Origin: Caldisericia bacterium
Lineage (GTDB): Bacteria > Caldisericota > Caldisericia > JAAYUI01
Direction: 5' to 3'
Assembly: GCA_963674785.1 (NCBI GenBank)
Contig: OY771555.1
Span: 1,696,001 to 1,760,000, forward strand
DNA: 64,000 nucleotides
The translations under genes and the position numbers were made by a program. The notes under the pieces are model-generated. The model saw only the letters and a program-made list of their open reading frames with translations. It was not told the DNA's origin and did no database searches. Below, in pieces: positions 58,861 through 64,000 of this stretch; the stretch's first letter is position 1, and the number at the start of each line of letters is the position of its first letter.

Positions 58861-61238
58861 TTTCATTAAATCTTTTACGATCATACACAGGTTGGGACTT
58901 GACCGACAAAGAAATAATTGATGGTTTCATCAGGCTCGGAATCGAAGTTGAAGAGGTTACCCACAGAGACAATATTGAGGGAACAAGAATCGGAATCATT
59001 CGAGAGATTACACCAATTACTGAAAAACTGAATCTCACAAAAACTGAGGTTGGCGAAGGTGATGTAAGAGAGATAGTCACAAACTCCAAAACTGTGAAGG
59101 TAGGGGATAAAGTTATTGCTGCACTTCCGGGTGGAAGAGTTGGAGACCTTCAAGTTGGTGAAAGAAAACTTCAAGGAACAATGTCATATGGAGTATTCCT
59201 CGGAGCTAAAGAAACAGGTGTTCCTTTAGAAATACTTCCTGCTGAGGAGCGTGATGGAGTATGGATCCTTCCAAAAGATGCACCCGAGTTTACTGATCCT
59301 GCTGAATCACTCTGGTTGAAAGACATAATCCTCGACGCAAGCCTCACACCAAATCATCCTGAATGGCAGGGGCTTGAAGGACTCATCAGGGAGCTTGCCA
59401 TTGTGCTTTGGTGGAAAACTGGTGAAATACCAGAAGTTCCAAAATTTGAAGCCCCAAAACTAACTTTTACAGGGAAAACCTCTGACAAGATGGCAATCGA
59501 GATTGATGATAAAGACGGCTGTATCAAATACACCGGCATCTATGCACAGATTGATTCCGTAAAACCTTCGGGATTTGATGCTAGAAAAAAACTTCTCGCA
59601 AGTTTCATGAGACCAATCAATAACGTTGTTGATGCATCAAATCTGATGATGTACTTCACCAATCAACCAACACACGCGTTTGATGCCGACAAGATCAAAT
59701 CGCACAAAATAAAGGTTTCATCCACAAAATCAGAGACTGAGTTTGTAACTCTTGATAAGGTAACACACAAGCTTCCAAAAGACACGCTGATGATTTGTGA
59801 TGATGAGATACCTATTGGGATCGCAGGGATTATGGGCGGACTTGATTCAGAAGTTAGCAATGATACGAAAAATATCCTTCTCGAATCAGCGTGTTTCTCG
59901 AACACAAAAATTGCCCAAACTGTTTCTCTTACAGGAATCAGAACTGATGCGAGTTCAAGATTCGATAAGGGTGCCGACCCAGAAACAACAGAAAGAACCG
60001 CTTATCTCGTGCTTGAAATGATCGGTGGAACTCCTTCTGAGCCACTTACAATCGGTAATGATGTTGAAAGAAATAAACTCACATTGCGATCATCGAGAAT
60101 GCAAAAGATTCTAGGTTATCTTCCAAAGATTGATGATGTCAAAAAAGGATTCTCACTTCTTGGATTGAATTGTACAGGAGATAATGATTTAGGGATTGAT
60201 ATTCCAGGTTTTAGAAGAGTCGACCTCTCAGCAGAAATCGACTTGATTGAAGAAGCAGTAAGAGTTACCGGGTATGATAATGTTCCAGCAACATTACCGC
60301 TCATAAAACTCAATATGATGCATGAAAAACCAGAGTTTGACTTTGAAAGAAGACTCAGGAGAATCACAGCGGGTATTGGTTTCAATGAGTGTGTGACATT
60401 GACTTTCACAAATGAAGATGAACTCAAAAAATTCCAGCTTGAATCAAAGCTTGACCTTGCTCCAAAAATCAGCAACCCAATGACAGCGGATGCAACAATG
60501 CTTAGACCAACAGGCGAAATTGGACTCATCAATACCGCTGCTGGCAATATCAGACAGGGAAACCACGATTTGAAACTGTTTGAAATTGGAAGCCAGTTTG
60601 GTCCTGAAACAAGAACATTGATGATTCTATTACACGGAAAAAATGGGACATTCTGGGATAAGGAATCAAATACATACGACTTCTTCGACATGAAGGGGAT
60701 TATTCACACCTTATTAAGTCAGCTTTCAATTTCAAATTTCATCGCAATTGAGTCCAATGATAATCCACATCTTCACCCCGAGAGACAAGCAAAAATAACT
60801 GCTGACAAAGAAACTATTGGCTACTTTGGTGAACTTCACCCTGACATTTCAGACACATTTGACTTCCCAGACAAAGTCCAGATAGCAAATATCGATATCC
60901 CAAGACTGATGAATGTTCTTCCCGAGAAAATTAAATTTGTCCAGACTCCAAAATTCCCTCCAGTTTATAGGGATATTTCAATGCTCTGCCCAGAATCCAT
61001 TTCAAGCTCTGAAATCGAAAAAAGAATCATGGAATCATGTGATGAAAAACTCTCATCTGTAAGACTTTTTGATCTTTTTGTGTCTGATGAAAACAAAGAA
61101 AAAGGCATCAAATCCTTAGCCTATTCACTTGTATTCGTTGATAAATCAGGAACTATTAAAGGCGAAGAGATCGACTCTCAGATTGAAAAAGTGATTTTGA
61201 ATCTTAAGGAAATTGGAGCAATTGTCAGAACAGGATGA
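58857..61238 (+). CDS. pheT: Phenylalanyl-tRNA synthetase beta subunit
   Basis: INNVVD.SN, QPTHAFD, AGIMGG, DLIEE.VR..GY and FDX-ACB C-terminal domain. Confidence 0.96.
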   Translation: MISLNLLRSYTGWDLTDKEIIDGFIRLGIEVEEVTHRDNIEGTRIGIIREITPITEKLNLTKTEVGEGDVREIVTNSKTVKVGDKVIAALPGGRVGDLQVGERKLQGTMSYGVFLGAKETGVPLEILPAEERDGVWILPKDAPEFTDPAESLWLKDIILDASLTPNHPEWQGLEGLIRELAIVLWWKTGEIPEVPKFEAPKLTFTGKTSDKMAIEIDDKDGCIKYTGIYAQIDSVKPSGFDARKKLLASFMRPINNVVDASNLMMYFTNQPTHAFDADKIKSHKIKVSSTKSETEFVTLDKVTHKLPKDTLMICDDEIPIGIAGIMGGLDSEVSNDTKNILLESACFSNTKIAQTVSLTGIRTDASSRFDKGADPETTERTAYLVLEMIGGTPSEPLTIGNDVERNKLTLRSSRMQKILGYLPKIDDVKKGFSLLGLNCTGDNDLGIDIPGFRRVDLSAEIDLIEEAVRVTGYDNVPATLPLIKLNMMHEKPEFDFERRLRRITAGIGFNECVTLTFTNEDELKKFQLESKLDLAPKISNPMTADATMLRPTGEIGLINTAAGNIRQGNHDLKLFEIGSQFGPETRTLMILLHGKNGTFWDKESNTYDFFDMKGIIHTLLSQLSISNFIAIESNDNPHLHPERQAKITADKETIGYFGELHPDISDTFDFPDKVQIANIDIPRLMNVLPEKIKFVQTPKFPPVYRDISMLCPESISSSEIEKRIMESCDEKLSSVRLFDLFVSDENKEKGIKSLAYSLVFVDKSGTIKGEEIDSQIEKVILNLKEIGAIVRTG

Positions 61239-62914
61239 CTTCCTGGGAAATAGCAACCAGACTTAGAAAAATATCTCGAATGATCCCGTTTTCTGAAAAG
61301 ATTACGGGTTCATTAAGATATTTGGATGCGGCGACACTACTTTTTTCTCTTGATCTTGATGATGTTCACGAAGAACTCATAACACACTTTGAAAACACTG
61401 GAGTAATGGACAAAAAAGTATGTGCTGACATTTTTGAAATGCTTAAGTCCGAAAATTCAACAATTGAGATGAATTTGATGGAATATGTTCCAAAAGGTAT
61501 AAGAAATCTTCTTCATCTTGATAATTTACGACCAGCAACTGTTTCGCAACTCTATTATGATCTTGGAATAGAAACAATCGATGAGCTTAAAAGAGCATTT
61601 GATAATAACATTCTTACTGGAAAAAAAAGTCTCGGAAAAAGATTTTCAGAACAACTTCGTCATCATTTGACACTCTATTACAAAGGAAACTCCAGCCTTT
61701 TTTTATACAAGGCTGAATATCTGGCAAATCTTATAAAACGCCGAATTGAAAAAACAAATCTCACTTCATCGGTACTTATTGTTGGGGATGTAAGACGCGG
61801 AAAAGAAGAGATAACAAACATCGATATTCTGTGTGTAGCAGAAAAACCAAATATCAACCTTTCAACAGATTTGATGAATAAACTGGGGCTTCCAAAATCT
61901 GAAATCACAAATTCTGGTTTTTCGGCTATTTATGAAAAAATGAATGTCAGAATACATTTTTGCAAAGAAAAATATCTCGGTTCAGTTCTCGTCTTCTTCA
62001 CTGGACCAAATGAGCATTACGACAAGTTAAGCAAAAAAATAGGACATGCAAAAAGGGTAAAGGCAGGATTCTTTAAGATTCTTGGTGATGAAAAGACATT
62101 TTATAAAAAGCTCGGTCTTTCTTATATCCCACCAGAAGTCCGTGAATGGGAAGATGCTATTGAACTTACTGAAGCAGGAAAGACTTGGAATCTTTTAGAA
62201 CTAGAAGATATTCAAGGTGATCTTCACGTTCACACAACCTGGAGCGATGGAAGGTCAAATTTTAAACAGCTAGGATATACAGCCAAAAATCATAGTCTGA
62301 ATTACATCTCAATAACTGACCACGCCCAAAAGATCAAGGTTGCGCGTGGTATTGATCTAGTCTCATTAAAAAAACAGATTAAAATCTTACAGAAAATGAA
62401 TTCATATGAAACTGATTTTGCCTTTATTCCGGGGATCGAACTAAACATAGACAAAAGCGGAGAAATTGATTACACACTCAGAGAAAACATTTTGAAACTC
62501 GGAGCAATCCACTCTGAAATGGGATGTACCCCCTCAGAAATTGAGAATAGATATATTAATGCTATAAGATCAGGTAACATAAACATCATTGCTCATCCAA
62601 GCGGAAGAAAGCTTAAAGTGAGAGATGAGTTTGATGTTGACTGGAAAAAGATTTTTACCGAGGCTGCAAAAAATAATGTTGCAATTGAATTAAACTATGC
62701 TCCTGACAGAATGGATTTGAGATGGGAACTTGCAAGAATTGCCGATGAGGCCGAATGTAAATTTACAATTGGTGGCGATATTCACTTCGCCGGTCAGCTT
62801 AATCACATCAAATATGGAGCAAAGATTGCAAAAAGGGCTGGTCTTTCTAGTGAAAAAGTGTTAAACTGTCTCCCAGCACGTGAACTGCGGCTGTTGCTTT
62901 GGAATAATAAATGA
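61235..62914 (+). CDS. polX: PolX-PHP protein with degenerate polymerase site and intact PHP domain
   Basis: G..RR, FTG..H, YIPPE.RE, GDLHVHT.WSDG, TDH and AHP motifs; located between pheT and mutS2. Confidence 0.85.
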   Translation: MTSWEIATRLRKISRMIPFSEKITGSLRYLDAATLLFSLDLDDVHEELITHFENTGVMDKKVCADIFEMLKSENSTIEMNLMEYVPKGIRNLLHLDNLRPATVSQLYYDLGIETIDELKRAFDNNILTGKKSLGKRFSEQLRHHLTLYYKGNSSLFLYKAEYLANLIKRRIEKTNLTSSVLIVGDVRRGKEEITNIDILCVAEKPNINLSTDLMNKLGLPKSEITNSGFSAIYEKMNVRIHFCKEKYLGSVLVFFTGPNEHYDKLSKKIGHAKRVKAGFFKILGDEKTFYKKLGLSYIPPEVREWEDAIELTEAGKTWNLLELEDIQGDLHVHTTWSDGRSNFKQLGYTAKNHSLNYISITDHAQKIKVARGIDLVSLKKQIKILQKMNSYETDFAFIPGIELNIDKSGEIDYTLRENILKLGAIHSEMGCTPSEIENRYINAIRSGNINIIAHPSGRKLKVRDEFDVDWKKIFTEAAKNNVAIELNYAPDRMDLRWELARIADEAECKFTIGGDIHFAGQLNHIKYGAKIAKRAGLSSEKVLNCLPARELRLLLWNNK

Positions 62915-64000
62915 ACAAACATACATTAAAAATACTTGAATTTGAGAGGATTAAAGAGCATTTGAAATCTCTGTCATTCACCGAAGGTGGCAGGGAATTT
63001 ATTGAAAATCTCGAACCAAGTAACCGCCTTGAAACTGTTTCAAATCTCCAAGATGAAACGACACAAGCAAAAGAATTTATTCAAATCGCCGGAAACATTC
63101 CACTTTCTGAAATAAAACCAATAAAAGATATACTGAGTGACTCTGCTATTGGTGTAACCGTAACATCCAGACAGGCACTCGATTTGTACCTCACCCTTAA
63201 AGCTTCAAGAGAAATAAAGGCTCTTATTTCCTCACATATGGAGCTTGCTCCAAGTCTTTGGGCGATTGCAGAACGTATCAAACCAAAAGCAAATCTTGAG
63301 AGGATGATAACAAAAGCAATCGACGAAGATGGAGAAATGCTTGACTCAGCCTCAGAGATGCTGACATCAATAATGTCGCAAACAAAGATTGTTAAAAACC
63401 GTGTCAAAGCGAAGCTTGATGACATTATTAAAACATCATCATACTCAAAAATGATTCAAGACGCTGTCATCACAATTCGAGATGACAGATATGTTATACC
63501 TATCAAATCTGAGTTTAAAAACCATTTTCCATGCATTGTCCACGACTCGTCATCATCGGGACAGACTTTATATGTTGAACCATTATCAGTTATTCCACTG
63601 AATAATGATCTTCGAAATCTGAGACAACGGGCAAGGGAAGAGATCGAAAGAATTCTAAAGGAAATCACCCTTGAGATTGCCTATGCTGCACATGATCTAA
63701 AGATCATGAATGACTCAGTCTCAAAACTTGATTTTATCTTCTCAAAAGGTCAACTTTCAATTGACTGGAATTGTATTTGCCCTGAACTCGATTCATCCCC
63801 AAAATTGAAGATTATCTCCGGAAGACACCCGCTTCTGAGTGTTGAACCAGTTCCAATTGATATTCAACTAGGAGACGGATATAGAGCACTTGTCTTAACT
63901 GGTCCAAATACCGGTGGAAAAACTGTTTCACTAAAAACAACTGCACTATTTATTGTTATGACCGAGTGTGGGTTACATGTACCATCACTTCCAGGTACAA
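62911..64000 (+). CDS. mutS2: MutS2 (truncated by window end)
   Basis: Own translation from ATG 62911: LEFERI, RDDRYVIP, HDSSSSGQTLYVEP, GRHPLL and TGPNTGGKTV motifs. Confidence 0.95.
   Translation, partial: MNKHTLKILEFERIKEHLKSLSFTEGGREFIENLEPSNRLETVSNLQDETTQAKEFIQIAGNIPLSEIKPIKDILSDSAIGVTVTSRQALDLYLTLKASREIKALISSHMELAPSLWAIAERIKPKANLERMITKAIDEDGEMLDSASEMLTSIMSQTKIVKNRVKAKLDDIIKTSSYSKMIQDAVITIRDDRYVIPIKSEFKNHFPCIVHDSSSSGQTLYVEPLSVIPLNNDLRNLRQRAREEIERILKEITLEIAYAAHDLKIMNDSVSKLDFIFSKGQLSIDWNCICPELDSSPKLKIISGRHPLLSVEPVPIDIQLGDGYRALVLTGPNTGGKTVSLKTTALFIVMTECGLHVPSLPGT

Overview
Gene-dense, AT-rich bacterial chromosome segment of housekeeping character. No CRISPR array, prophage, integrase or IS was seen. 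The Firmicutes-like gene clusters and a copper-amine-oxidase 'stalk' surface protein suggest an anaerobe such as Caldisericota, but this is only an inference. Contents in order: ackA-purL-purM-purN-purH; lepA-hemW-bioY; topB followed by two class A PBPs and tmk-darA-holB-ricT; FMN-riboswitch ribU; cobalamin-riboswitch BtuFCD-type ABC importer; radA; a ~21 kb minus-strand run in which an 11-subunit complex I (nuoABCDHIJKLMN, no nuoEFG) runs directly into an F-type ATP synthase operon with a b-delta fusion and short epsilon; alaX, asparaginase II, rho, RNase HI, tRNA-Ile2(CAU), a roadblock/LC7 pair, a radical SAM/SPASM enzyme, and pheS-pheT-polX-mutS2. The most striking observation is in NuoL. 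Its amphipathic lateral helix holds three tandem 26-residue FD-x-x-(V/I)-(V/I)-DG-x-VNG units, about 52 residues more than a standard NuoL. That length would span two extra antiporter-like proton-pump subunits, yet the operon encodes only one nuoM.
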